Below, piece by piece: positions 14,258 to 26,327 of a stretch of DNA of 64,000 nt. The DNA lies in the NCBI RefSeq assembly GCF_006345805.1, contig NC_043002.1, positions 74,152,001-74,216,000 of the forward strand, read 5' to 3'. This stretch comes from Octopus sinensis (Eukaryota). The translations under genes were made by a program, and so were the position numbers. Positions within the stretch are counted from its first letter, which is position 1. The number at the start of each line of letters is the position of its first letter. Below the pieces are notes generated by a model. That model made no database searches and was not told the DNA's origin. It worked only from the letters and a program-made list of their open reading frames with translations.

Positions 14258-14422
14258 TTTTTTCTTCTTCTTCTTCTTCTTCTTCTTCTTCTTCTTCTTC
14301 ATCATCATCATCATTATCATCATCGTCGTCATCATCATCACCATCATCATCTTCTTCTTCTCCTTCTTCTTCTTCATCATCATCATCAACAACATCGTCA
14401 TCTTCTTCTTCTTCTTCTTCTC
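14258..14422. repeat. (CTT)n/(CAT)n compound microsatellite
   Basis: Seen directly. Confidence 0.95.
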
Positions 14423-14756
14423 CACCTTCTACCTCTTAACTTTATCACTAATGCTTTTTAGTATAACACCTATGCAAATTCCATAAACAAACCTTTCAAT
14501 AGAAATATTCTCCTGAATTGAACTGCAACTGCTAGCCGCCACTGACCATTCAAAATACGACCATCAAGGCACTCCCAAATTTTTCCACCCCCTCTCCACA
14601 TCAACCTTCTTCTTCTACCCTACCAAGAATTCACAACTCGAACACACAAGTGCAAACAAGGGAGACAGAGAAAGGCAGAATGCCACTTATATTTGAACAC
14701 TATATAAATATTCCTTAAAAAAAACTTTTCTTTTAATTTTTCTAAATTTAATCGTT

Positions 14757-14796
14757 ACAGTTGAAAAGGTCTCAAAATGACCGAAACCGGTACTGA
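14757..14796 (+). ncRNA. Minimal type I hammerhead ribozyme, U3-A8 variant
   Basis: CAG-TTGAAAA-GGTC tcaaaat GACC-GAAA-CCGG-TA-CTG in the PLE 3' region. Confidence 0.65.
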
Positions 14797-14845
14797 AATG
14801 TTCTTTATAAAATTATTTTAGCATTTTCTATTTGACTTGTTTTTT

Positions 14846-14969
14846 CATATATATATATATATTATATATATATATATATATATACACATATATATATACA
14901 TATATATATATATACTATATATATATTATATACACATATATACACATATATATATATATATATACATAC

Positions 14970-15001
<32 letters not shown>

Positions 15002-15182
15002 TATATATAATATATATATATATATATACATACATACATATAGACATATATATATAATATATATATATATATAATATATATATATATATGCTAGCATGGA
15101 AAGCGGATGCTAAATGATGATGTGTGTGTGTGTGTGTATGTATATATATATGTGTGTATATATATATATATATGTATATATA
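14846..15182. repeat. (TA)n-rich microsatellite; similar tracts at 9135-9207, 9789-9900, 12786-12937, 30858-30969, 46347-46450, 47140-47506, 48283-48418
   Basis: Seen directly; source of the spurious YI-rich ORFs. Confidence 0.95.
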
Positions 15183-16036
15183 TCATCATCATCATTTAGC
15201 ATCCGCTTTCCATGCTAGCATGGGTTGCACCAGGACCAGTCTGATCTGGCAATGTTTCTACAGCTGGATGCCCTTCCTAACGCCAACCACTCCATGAGTG
15301 TAGTGGGTGCTTTTTACGAGCCACCGGCACAGGTGCCAGACGGGGCTGGCAAATGGCCACGGACGGATGGTGCTTTTTACATGCCACCGGCACGGGGGCC
15401 AGGCGAGGCTGGCAACAGCCACAATCGGATGGTGCTTTTTACGTGCCACTGGCACGGAGGCCAGTCGGGGCTGGCACTAGCAACGGCTACGGTCGGGTGG
15501 TGCGGGGGCCAGGTGAGGCTGGCAACGGCCACGATTGGATGGTACTTTTTACATTCCACCTGCACGGAGGCCAGTCGGGGCGGCGCTGGCAACGGCCATG
15601 ATCGGATGGTTCGCTTACGTGCCACCGGCACTGGTATCACAGCTGCAATTTCCATTGATGTTGATCGACTTCGATTTTGGTTCTGATTTCCACTTGCCTC
15701 AACGGATCTTCACAAGTGGAGTTTTGTGTCCCAAGAAGAAAAGGTATGCATAAGTCAACTGGCTACATCCCAGGTAGAGGCCACGGGTTATGGTCTCACT
15801 AGTCCTGCCGGGTCTTCTCACGCACAGCATACTTCCATAGGTCTCGGTCTCTAGTCATTTCCTTGGTGAGACCTAAAGTTCGAAGGTCGTGCTTCACCAC
15901 CTCGTCCCAGGTTTTCCTGGGTCTACCTCTTCCACAGGTTCCCTCAACCGCTAGGGTGTGGCACTTTTTCACACAGCTATCTTCAGCCATTCTCGTCACA
16001 TGACCATACCAGCGCAAACGTCTCTCTTGCACACCA
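15183..16036 (-). mobile_element. RTE LINE 3' end
   Basis: GVQERRLRWYGHVTRM...GRGRPRKTWDEVV on the minus strand plus 3' UTR and (GAT)n tail. Confidence 0.9.
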
Positions 16037-18203
16037 ATATATATATATATATATACACATGCATGCATACATACACACATACATACACACACACACATAC
16101 ATACATACAAACAAACAAACAAACAAAACGCATGTCTCAGAACAAAGTTATCAGACGAGTATATAGCTCTAATAAGAAAAAGAGATGACATGGGAAAAAC
16201 GATGGTTATGTTATAAACGTTATTACCTTACAGATGTTTCTGCCATAAGATAGTTGAGTGCCTGAATAACATCCTATAATTTCATCGGAACTGCAAATAT
16301 GAAGTACAGTTTATTTGGGAAAAAATTACATTTGTGTCATGCATTTGTACAAATGAAAATTTTCCCCAAACAAATTGCACTTCGTATTCAAGGTTCCAAT
16401 AAAAATATTGTAAGTTATTCAGGCACTCAACTGTGAAGATAGTTGTGTGAAAAAGTGCCACACCCTAGCAGTTGAGGGAACCTGTGGAAGAGGTAGACCC
16501 AGGAAAACCTGGGACGAGGTGGTGAAGCACGACCTTCGAACTTTAGGTCTCACCAAGGAAGAAACAGCTGTAAGCTAAAGGAGTTCACTAGCCTGTTGTA
16601 TATATATATATATTTATTTATATATATATTCTCTTTTTTCCCTCTTTTACTTGTTTCACGCATTTGACTGCGGCCATTCTGGAACACCACCTTTAGTCGA
16701 AGAAATCGACCCCAGGACTTATTCTTTGTAAGCCTAGTACTTATTCCATCAGTCTCTTTTGTTGAACTACCAAGTTACAGAGACGTAAACATCAACATCG
16801 GTTGTCAAGCGATGGCGGGGGTACAAACACAGACACGCACATCATCATCATAACTACTGTGGAGGGCTCTTCATTGGGCCTTGAGCCCAATTAAGACATT
16901 TCTTGCATTGAGTACATATAAAATTTTATCAAACTTGACCAATATTTTTCAAGCAATGAACAATTTTTATCAAAACAATGATATATGTGACTTGGAACTT
17001 ATTGCAGAGCTTCATAGTAAACAACATTTTTTCTGCCCATTTGGTGGTGGGGTCAGTACAATTTTTTGTTCCTGTCTAACCTTTTTTCCCCCTCTCTCTT
17101 TCTGTTGATTGTTTTCAGTCATCACCATCACCAGTACTACCATCACCGCCACCACAACTGCCATACACACACCGTTCAGACTTCTGACGCCACCAACATC
17201 AACACCTTTGACTTTGCTGCCTTCCCCTCCACCACCATCACCACTGTCTTTCACATCCCTTACTATCACTGTCATGCTTGACTGTCTCAGCTACCATCGC
17301 CACCACCACCACCACCATCATCACCGTCGCCTCTGTCTCTATCACAACTACAGCTCATACTATTACTGTCACCTCATTACCATCTCAACTGTCAATCTAC
17401 TACCGCCCTCACCATCTCTATGCCTACTATTGCTCTCACTCCTGCAAGAGGAGCAGAAATGTCATTGAATAGTGAGAGATGGGGCCAAGGTGTGACACAC
17501 TGACACACAGAAATTCGTTTTGGCATTTATCATTATAGATGCATGTGTGTGTGTGTGTGTGTGCATGTCTGACTGTTCCCCACAACCACTTGACAACCAA
17601 TGTTGGTGTGTTTACACCCTTGTAACTTAGCAGTTCAGCAAAAGAGACCAATAGTATAAGTACCAGGCTTAAAAGAAAATATAAGTACTGGGGTCGATTC
17701 ATTCAACTAAAAGTTCTTCAAGGCGGTGCTCCAGCATGGCCACAGTCTAATGACAAACAATTAAAAGATAAAAGAAATATATATAATTAAGTACACAAAT
17801 GAGCTGAGGTTCACTACAGCTGTTTCAGACGGTTTTTTCATGATGTCATTGATTTATCCATCAATAAAAAATGCTTCTGAAACAGCTGTTGTGAGCCTCA
17901 ATCCATTTGTGTTCTTACTTATTTTACACCATACCTGGAACTTTACCTGTGTTGAGTCTGCAACTTAAAGTGGACCTTGAGTACATTTGTGATTTTACTC
18001 ATACATGAATATTTATATCGATCAGCATGTTGATCTGTTCATGGACATGTATATGTAAGTAGTAGGACAAGTCTGTATGTGCATTAGTACATGCGTGAGT
18101 ATCTGTATATACAGTTGATACATGGATATGCTATTCTCAACCCTAACTTGGTATGCTTATTCTTGAAATACCTTGATTCAGTTGGATCCTGCAAATATAT
18201 ATA

Positions 18204-18780
18204 TAGGGTGGCCCAAAAGTAGGTTTTCAGTTATTCAACTATCTCTTTTGCATTCATATATTCATTAAGTTTTGATCTTAATTATTAAAAAAACCTGAAA
18301 CCATTATGCTATGCTAATTTAGATAAGTTTGTCAAGTTCCTTTTTCAGTTGACTGTAAGAGACTACCTTAACCAAGCCTTTCCACACAGCATTGGTTTGG
18401 AAGATGGGGTAGCATCAAATGGCCTCCATGTTCACCTGACCTGACACCAATGGATTTTGTTTTTTTGGAGTGTTGTAAAGAACAAGGTTTATGAGAAGAA
18501 TCCCAAAACAGTAATAGAATTAAAAGATTTTATTTCTGACGCATTCACTGAAATTGATGGAGATCGGAATTTGTACCGCACTGTGTCAGAGTGTTCTGAA
18601 GAGGTTTGAAGAATGTTGCAATGTTGAAGGAGGACATTTTGAGCATCTGTGAGATTAAACATTGTCTGCTTAAGGTGTGCATAAACAATATGGTAGCAAG
18701 ATAGAAATTTAAATAAAATGTTTTAAAAGAAATTTAAAGTGCCTACGTGATAACTGTAAACCTACTTTTGGGCCTCCTTG
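18204..18780 (+). mobile_element. Internally deleted Tc1/mariner-superfamily DNA transposon
   Basis: TIRs (t/c)agggtggcccaaaagtaggtt ... aacctacttttgggcctccttg with TA flanks; remnant WPPCSPDLTPMDF...VKNKVYEKNPKTVIELK...GGHFEHL. Confidence 0.85.
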
Positions 18781-19789
18781 TATATATATATTGTATATAA
18801 TGGGATGGTCTTCACTGTAATGCTTTGATCATGTCTTCTTGAAACATGGTTTTAATCAGGTTGTTTAATATCAGCGGTCAACCATAACTGGTCAGAATGA
18901 TTATAAGCATTCCAACCATGACTAACCTGTCATCTTGAGCATTATATATCTAAGAATATATTGTTTAATGTATTCCACTGGTACTTTAAAGACATTAACG
19001 TGTGATTTGAGGGAAATGTTACTACTATTTCTAGTATGTTAACTGGTTTCAGGGCTCCCATTTGTAACTTGATTTTTGTTCTTAGGTTGAACAGAATGCA
19101 GTTTTGTGGGTTTATTTTCTTGAAAAATGTAGTGTATGTTTTAATTCTTCTGAATGAGACTAGTTTGTCAAGTTTCCATTGCAATGTTTTGAAGTCTCTG
19201 TTTTCTGATGATGCACATGATTGCAGGAAGTTTTAAGTTTGTGTGGGCAAGGCTTGCATGCAGAAAATGATGGATTAGTGTCAGAGTATCATCTGTTGAA
19301 GAATGTATGTCAGAGGAGTGTGAAAAAGTTTACTTAATTTTGAGATATACCTTCTAAGTTGATAGGACAGGAAATCTGGAAAAGGCTGTGTCAAAAACAT
19401 GTTATTCTAGAATGACTTGTAAGAGGTTTGTATTTCATGTGGTTGAGGTAGAATACATAGACATGGGCACCAAACTGGACTGGTGATTTTTTTATCAAGC
19501 CTGAAAAGGCATAGTTGACCTTGGCTGAATTTGAACTCAGGAGTGCAGAGTCAGAACAATTACTGCAAGATATTCCATCTGATTCTCTAATGACTCTGCC
19601 AATTCACTACCTGTTATGTGTTCTGTCATTCATTCACACTCTCATTGCACATTTAGTAAAGCATACTTGCCTTCTTATGCAAGCTTCATACAATTTGTTC
19701 TTCATTTGCAGGGAAAATTCTTTGGTTACCATCAAAGATAATAAATTCCTGAATTTTTTCATACCTGTGTTTGCTCTGCAATGTTCTTA

Positions 19790-21230
19790 GAATACCCACC
19801 GCCACTGCTAATTAGGTCACCTAGGTCTTGAAAACTGTCAATTACTTATTGGGAACCTTCCAAGCATTTGAAGAAAGTCATTTTATGGTTACTTTTACTG
19901 CTACCTATTTTTGTGTATCCACCACATACAACATCCTTTTCTTTCAGGCTGGCTGCCTGTGATCCTACTACATCTCTCGGTATCCATAGTTCACAGTAGA
20001 TATTCTGAATGGCATTCCTGTTGACACCTTTTCTGCACATTCAGCATGGACGCTTAACAGATATCAGTAGAATCCTGCCTTCCTTCCTGCTAACTGTAAC
20101 TTTTGTCATTGTTTGGTTCAATTTGAGACCTCTTGATTCTAGGCTTTGTCTCATCATTGTCATTTAACATTAATGATCCATGTTGGCATGAGTTGGACAA
20201 TTTGACTGGATCCAGTGGGTCCAAGGACTGCAAAATGCTCTAGAGTCTGTTTAGGCATGGTTTCTATGGCTGGGTGACCTTCCTAATGCCAACCACTTTA
20301 CAGTATGTACTAGGTGCCTTTTTTTTTGTGCCACCAACACTATTGAAGTTGCCATGAAGCTTTCAAGACTATGAAACCCAAGGGAGGGGATGTTGGCTTT
20401 ATACTAGGGGATGAGGAGTGTAAGTATGAGAGAAGTGGAAGGGGGTACAAAGTTTCTTGTAGAAGAGCTTCGTGGTTACTCATTTAGGAGAGGGAGAGAA
20501 TAATCAGAAGTGATGAAAAGATAGGTACTGCAGATGAGGTGTCCATATGGCCTCTCAAGACATCAGATGAGTTGAAGTAGGGGAGTGGAAGACTGTAAGA
20601 TTGTATGGAGAGGCTGCTGGCAACTACCAAAAAATTAAAAAAAGGAAATTCTTCTCTCATTCTTTGATAGGGTCAGTTATGAAAACTAGATCAATGGCAT
20701 ATAGGAGTTCCACCAGACAACAAATTATAATCCTCTATAATGACTAGAACTACAATAAACAAAAGGAAGCTGAGAACTGAGCCAAGATGGATATTTACTT
20801 GCATACTAAATTCCTCATTGAACACTTTGCTTAATTTCACTTTGCTGACAGTATATATCTGTACATGACTTGCATAGCTCTCACAAATCATTCATCTATA
20901 CCTAGATTTCTTAGTGAACATTTGACAACAGAACAAGACATGATATTAGGTGTAGTGGCTTACTAAGAACTTGTGTAGTTATCTTGTTGGTAGTCCCTAA
21001 TCCTTGTACCAACTCAAACTGTATCTTATCTAAATTCCCTTCCTAAATAATTGTGCTAAATGTTTTTCTATTACTTTCATAACTTGGTCTATCAATTTGA
21101 TGGACCAAGCTCTTTGTAGAGCATCATCTTTGCCCTTGTAGCAGTACTTGATAACTACACTGCTATACCAGTCTTCAGATATGCCACATCTCTGTACTAC
21201 CTGACTAACTCTGATTAAGCTGTCAAATGG
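19790..21230 (-). mobile_element. Old, interrupted RTE RT fragments
   Basis: CYKGKDDAL...IKLIDQVMKVIE, IHLGSVLSFLLFIVVL and a decayed Cys-finger segment on the minus strand. Confidence 0.7.
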
Positions 21231-21735
21231 CATCCGGTTGTAGGAAATCCAAATTCCACTCGATCTATACAACCATGGAAAAGTGGACATTGTTTTGAAT
21301 TAGTCATGCATTATTTTGTAGCATTAAGATTTCAATGATGTGCTTGTATATTTTTAGAATGACATTATTGGGGAGGTGTGAGATGCCAGATCTGACCACT
21401 TTGAACATATAACATGTCAAATGCTAAAGCATTTACACAAGTTATTATTGTATGACTATGAGTTTTTTTTAGAAACCACATGAATGAGAGAAGTGACATT
21501 ATAATATGAATTGTTTGCAATAGTACTCTTTAGTGTTACAGCTAATTCAGTTGAACATTTCACTTCTAGGCCAACCAGTTACATCGACAATCTTTTCTCC
21601 TGCACCTTCTTCCCTCTTTTGTTTACTTCCACTCCATACTTTACTTCCCTTCTTACTCTCCATTTATGTTTTCAACTTCAACTTATAACATCTACTCATA
21701 CCAAATTACTGCTGTATATAAGGGAAATCTTTGAA

Positions 21736-21965
21736 GGCACATGGCTTAGCAGTTAGGGTATTGAACTCATGATCATAAGATTGTGGTTTCAATTCCTGGA
21801 CTGGATGATGCATTGTGTTCTTAAGCAAAACACTTTATTTCATGTTGCTCCAGTCCATTCAACTAGTAAAAATGAGTAATCCTGCAACAGGCTGGTATCC
21901 CATCCTGGAAGGAATATACACACTAGAGAAACTGGGGAAGTGACCCTATTCTCCTTACAGAATAA
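21736..21965 (+). mobile_element. tRNA-derived SINE (second copy near 59370-59595)
   Basis: A/B-box-like head tggcttagcagtt...gtttcaattcc; shared tgtgttctt(a/g)agcaaaacact core. Confidence 0.65.
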
Positions 21966-23205
21966 TGTGGACTAACCATAAGGGAAATTTTGTCTTGCCA
22001 AAATCTGATTTGAGAAGCTAAAATGTTAAGGAAGCATCTATCATCATCATCATCATTTAATGTCTGTTGTCCATGCTGACATGGGTTGGGCAGTTTGACT
22101 AGGGCTGGTAAGCTGAGGGACTGCATCAGACTCCAGTCTGATTTGGCATGGTTTCTATGGCTGGATGCCCTTCCTAACACCAACCTCTCAGAGTGTAATG
22201 AGTGCTTTTATGTGCCACCAGCTCAGGTAAAAGTTGCATGATACCAATATCCACCATGACTACGATTTCACTTGGTTTAAAGGTTCTTCTTCTCAAGCAC
22301 AGCATATTACCAAAGGTCCTGATCATTTGTCATTGCCTCTGTGAGGCCCAATGCTCGAAGGGTGCTTTTTACATGCCACTGGCACAGGTGCCAATTACAT
22401 GATAATGGCATCGGCCACATTGTCTCCATGAGGCCCAATGCTTGACAGGTACTTTTTACATGCCACCAGCATGTGTGTCAGATGCTTCTGTGAGGCCCAA
22501 TGCTTGAAAGATGTTTTTTATGTGCCACTGGTACAGGTACCACTTATGCAACACTGACATCAACCACATTGACTCTGTAAGGCCCAGTGCTCCACAGGTG
22601 TATGTACCACTGGCATGGGTGCCAGGTATGCGACACAGGTAATAAATATTACATACACATACAGACAATCTATGTATGTCTCCTTACTACAGTCATAGAA
22701 GTATTGAATACATAACTGTTTTCCATTTGTTAATCAATTGTACTGTCACATAATTTGATACTGGAACCTTTGCTTATTAATGAATTTGTAGGTGTACATC
22801 TTTTTTGTTTGTTTTCTTTTTTATCCAACACTGTTATTGAAAACTATCATTGTTTACTGATTTGCTGGAGCTTATACTATTTCAAACAAATGAAGATATA
22901 GTTTACAGTTTTTGAGTCTAGTTTAGTAAGCTAGAAGAGAATGCATTAATTATAATGTGCATATACTATCTCAACAGTAAGTAAACCACCTCATGGCACT
23001 TATTTAGAACACGAACAGAAAAAATTGTCTTAAACCCTCACCTTTAGACCTGGAGGCCAATACTTTATTGATTTAGTCAGCTGTGACTCAATACATGTAT
23101 ATTAAACATATTAACAACAAAGAATTATACAATTATGTTATTCTTAATTTCTTTAAAGATTTTTCTCTTGTTTTCAGTAAAACCAAAACGTTCAAATACA
23201 CAAAT

Positions 23206-23637
23206 ATGACTGGCGTTCCTGAAGGTGATAAGAGTGACAAATATGATTGCATTATAGTCTATTGTGAAAAAGATGAAGATAGAGCTAAAGACATACAAAA
23301 TGAATTGCTAAAAATTGAACTAAATGATAAAAAACCTCTCAATATTGAACTGGAGGAATATGTTGGTGGTACATCATTTAAACGACCTGAACATTTACAA
23401 AAACTTAAAGACAAGGCGTTATTCATTTGTGTTTTAATTTCAGACAAAATAACTGACATTACTAAACATGAATATCATGAACTCTTAAATGACAACCATG
23501 GTGGGATACTGCCAATCCTCTTGCATTGTCATTGTATGATTTCTGGTTTCCAAAGTCTTAATTATATTGATTGGACTAACAAACATAAACTAGACAAATT
23601 TAAAAACATTGTCAACAGGAAAAGGAAGGGAGACTAA
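23206..23637 (+). CDS. TIR-like domain protein (143 aa from ATG 23206; may be the last exon of a longer CDS)
   Basis: Intact non-repetitive ORF with TIR-type order: box-1-like KYDCIIVYCEKDEDRAKDIQNEL, BB-loop-like EEYVGG, betaC LFICVLIS, alphaC ITKHEYHELL, betaD ILPILL, betaE LNYIDW. A strong acceptor (ttttctcttgttttcag) ends at 23177, and the ATG has A at -3. Confidence 0.75.
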   Translation: MTGVPEGDKSDKYDCIIVYCEKDEDRAKDIQNELLKIELNDKKPLNIELEEYVGGTSFKRPEHLQKLKDKALFICVLISDKITDITKHEYHELLNDNHGGILPILLHCHCMISGFQSLNYIDWTNKHKLDKFKNIVNRKRKGD

Positions 23638-23748
23638 AATTACTCAGGAAGTACAAAATGAATTGAATAGGTTAAATTTCAAATTAGTTTTCTGTTAAAA
23701 TTAAGGCAATTTATAGAATGGCAAAAATTAAACTACTCTGGTGAATAT

Positions 23749-24139
23749 AGTTCTATATTTAAGAGATGAGGAATTATGTACATTATTTACATTTGACAGA
23801 TATTTGTCCTCATCTTTGTTGCTAACACAATGTTTCAGCTGATATACCTTCCAGCCTTCTTCAGGTACCTTGGGGAAATTTCAAACCTGGGTTCTCATTC
23901 CTAAGGTATTTTTTGATGTTTTTATTATTATTATTATTCAGGTCACTGCCTGGAATCGAACTTGGAATCTTGGAGTTAATAGCCCTCGCTCTTAACCACT
24001 ACACCAGATGCCCATGGGAATCTGGTGTAGTGGCCAATTTCCCCAAGACACCTGATGAAGGCTGGAGGGTATATCAGCTGAAACGTTGTGTTAACAAACA
24101 AATAAGATGAGGACAAATATCTGTCAAATGTAAATAATG
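23749..24139. mobile_element. Fold-back tRNA-head/hammerhead element, copy 1
   Basis: Inverted arms; TSD tctggtgaatat at 23737-23748 and 24140-24151. Confidence 0.8.
24047..24092 (+). ncRNA. Minimal type I hammerhead ribozyme motif
   Basis: GACAC-CTGATGA-a-GGCTG(10 nt)CAGCT-GAAA-CG-TT-GTGTT; stem I GACAC/GTGTT, GUU triplet. Confidence 0.7.
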
Positions 24140-25024
24140 TCTGGTGAATATGTTTGGAAAGACTGAGTGAGTGAACAAGCTAAAGATGTATAATGAAAAA
24201 TTTGATGCAAAGGAACAAAGAAATGAATACAATACTGTATGTCTTATGAACATGTCAATTTTTCTCTATATTAAATGTCTTAACATACATGTATCAAAAA
24301 TATATAATCCTCTATATATGTGAATAGTATTTCATACTATTTTTTATTAATTTTCCCATGGTTATATGGACAAGACAGTTTGCACAGAAATTAATCAACC
24401 AACAAGAACACATTCATCAGCCTACAAAAGCACATAACGACATCTCATCTTACACATACACACATATCCTGACTGAACTGCCCACTCTCTTGGACTTGCA
24501 TATCTTAACCACTTTCAGCACCTCTCCTCATCTACATACCAGCACTCTACCTGGATTACCACTGGATCTTCGTACTCTTTTGGACTCTTCATGGACCTCA
24601 CTGATTTATTTTTGTTGATGTAAATTGCTCTAATCTACCATGACTTTTGAACTTTCTGAACTCCACATGTTCTTCTTATTTCTTTCTGTTGAAGAGCATA
24701 GTCTTGAAACGTAAAAGATTTTTTCATTTTCCCCCAGCATCAAACTAAAACACTTGCTTATTGTTCCTTCACCTGTCATCTTTCTTTTTCTATAAATTTG
24801 AACCATATATATATAAATATCATTTATCATCATCATTTTTATGTCTAGTTTTCCATCCTTGCATGAATTGGACAGAGTTTATTGAGGCAGATTTTCTATT
24901 GTCATATCGATAGAATAAGTACTAGGCCGACAAAGAATAAGTCCTGGAGTCGATTTGTTCAACTAAAGGCAGTGCTCCAGCATGGCTGCAGTCAAAATGA
25001 CAACCAAATAAAAGAATATGTATA

Positions 25025-26280
25025 CTAGACTACCTGTGACTTGGTAGGTCACCAGTAATTCAAGGTACCTGGAAAGACTGAGTTTCCCAGAAACGGAGTT
25101 TTGTTTCGTGGGTTTTTTTTCCTTTTCTATGTCATTTTGCATGCTTTCAACAAATGTGACATTGAAATCACGCAGTAAATGGCTCCTTTCCCCAGAAAAA
25201 GAAAGATTTGGCTGTTATTTCTTGCATGCTCTGCTACAAAGTAACAAGTATTTTGGGTCCTTTATTGTAAACAACTCTTATGCAGAGTAGGGCATGCTAG
25301 AAATAGCAGCCAAATCTTTGGAGGTGAGATATGTTGAATGCACTCAAAAGAGACCTATGGAAAAAAACTATTTCACACTGATGTTACGAACGGGTTTTTA
25401 CAAAATATTTACAGCATTTTTAAAGTCATTTTCACTTTAAAATATTTTGATTATTATAATGTGTCTAATGGAAAGGTTAGTTTCTTCCCTTTCAGGGTTA
25501 TTTTCCCATTATGCAGTTTTGGGTATTTATACCCCCAGAACCCCGAATATCTCAATAACTACTGGTCTGATTTATGCGAAACTTGTTTTATTCCGTTTGC
25601 ATTCACATTTCAAACTATTTTCCCATTATGCGCTGGTTTGGTTGTGTAACATTGCAAGCAAGCAAGATTGAAGTTGATTTTTAATGTAATACTAGACTAC
25701 CCATGACCCATTGGGTCACTGGGAAACTGAGTTTCCTAGCAACAAAGTTTTGTTTCATGGGTTTTTTTCGTTTCCAGGTTATTTTGCATGCTTTCAACGA
25801 ATGTGACTTCGAAATCATGTCTAAATGGTTCCTTTCCCCAGAAAAGGAAAGATTTGGCTGCTATTTCTTGCAAGCCATGCTTCCACGTAACAGGTATTTT
25901 GGGTCCTTTATGGCAAATAACTGTTACATTGTAGCATGTAACAGTTAAAATACTGTGTTTAACAAAAGTGAAAATAGAAACATTTACTGTAAAAAAAAAA
26001 TCGTATTTTTTTTTGCTGTCAACTCAGTCTAATTGAAAGGTAAGAGTTTCTTCCCTTTCAGGATGAAGATTATTTTCCCATTAAGCAACATTTTCGGTAT
26101 TTATACCCCAAAAATGTCTAATATCTTGAAAAGCACTTTCCTGATTTACATGAAACTTGTTTCATTTTGTTTGTATTAACATTTCAGGGTAAAATTATTT
26201 CATATTATTTTCCCATTATGTGCCAGTTTGGCTGAGTAACATTGCAAGCAAGGAAGCAAGATTCATACGGACTTTTAATG

Positions 26281-26285
<5 letters not shown>
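25025..26285 (-). mobile_element. Two head-to-tail non-autonomous Helitron-like units (25025-25690 and 25692-26285)
   Basis: On the minus strand each unit ends in a GTGACC..GGTCA hairpin followed by CTAG; the units share long homologous blocks. Confidence 0.65.

Positions 26286-26327
<42 letters not shown>

Larger units (their letters stand above)
12937..14845 (+). mobile_element. 5'-truncated Penelope-like element (Neptune-type): RT C-terminal half, Cys linker, GIY-YIG endonuclease, 3' pLTR
   Basis: WKRYLDDCFILW near 13023; LPFLDI; ORF 13273-14100 with CGRPNCGIC and NLIYSLTCSGCQEQYIGQT...R...H...E...LN; (TA)n on both sides. Confidence 0.9.

Noticed and set aside
23083-23205. N-terminal 41 aa of the listed 184-aa ORF
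   Set aside because: Starts at GTG and runs through a polypyrimidine tract and AG acceptor (23161-23177); probably intron plus 5' UTR.
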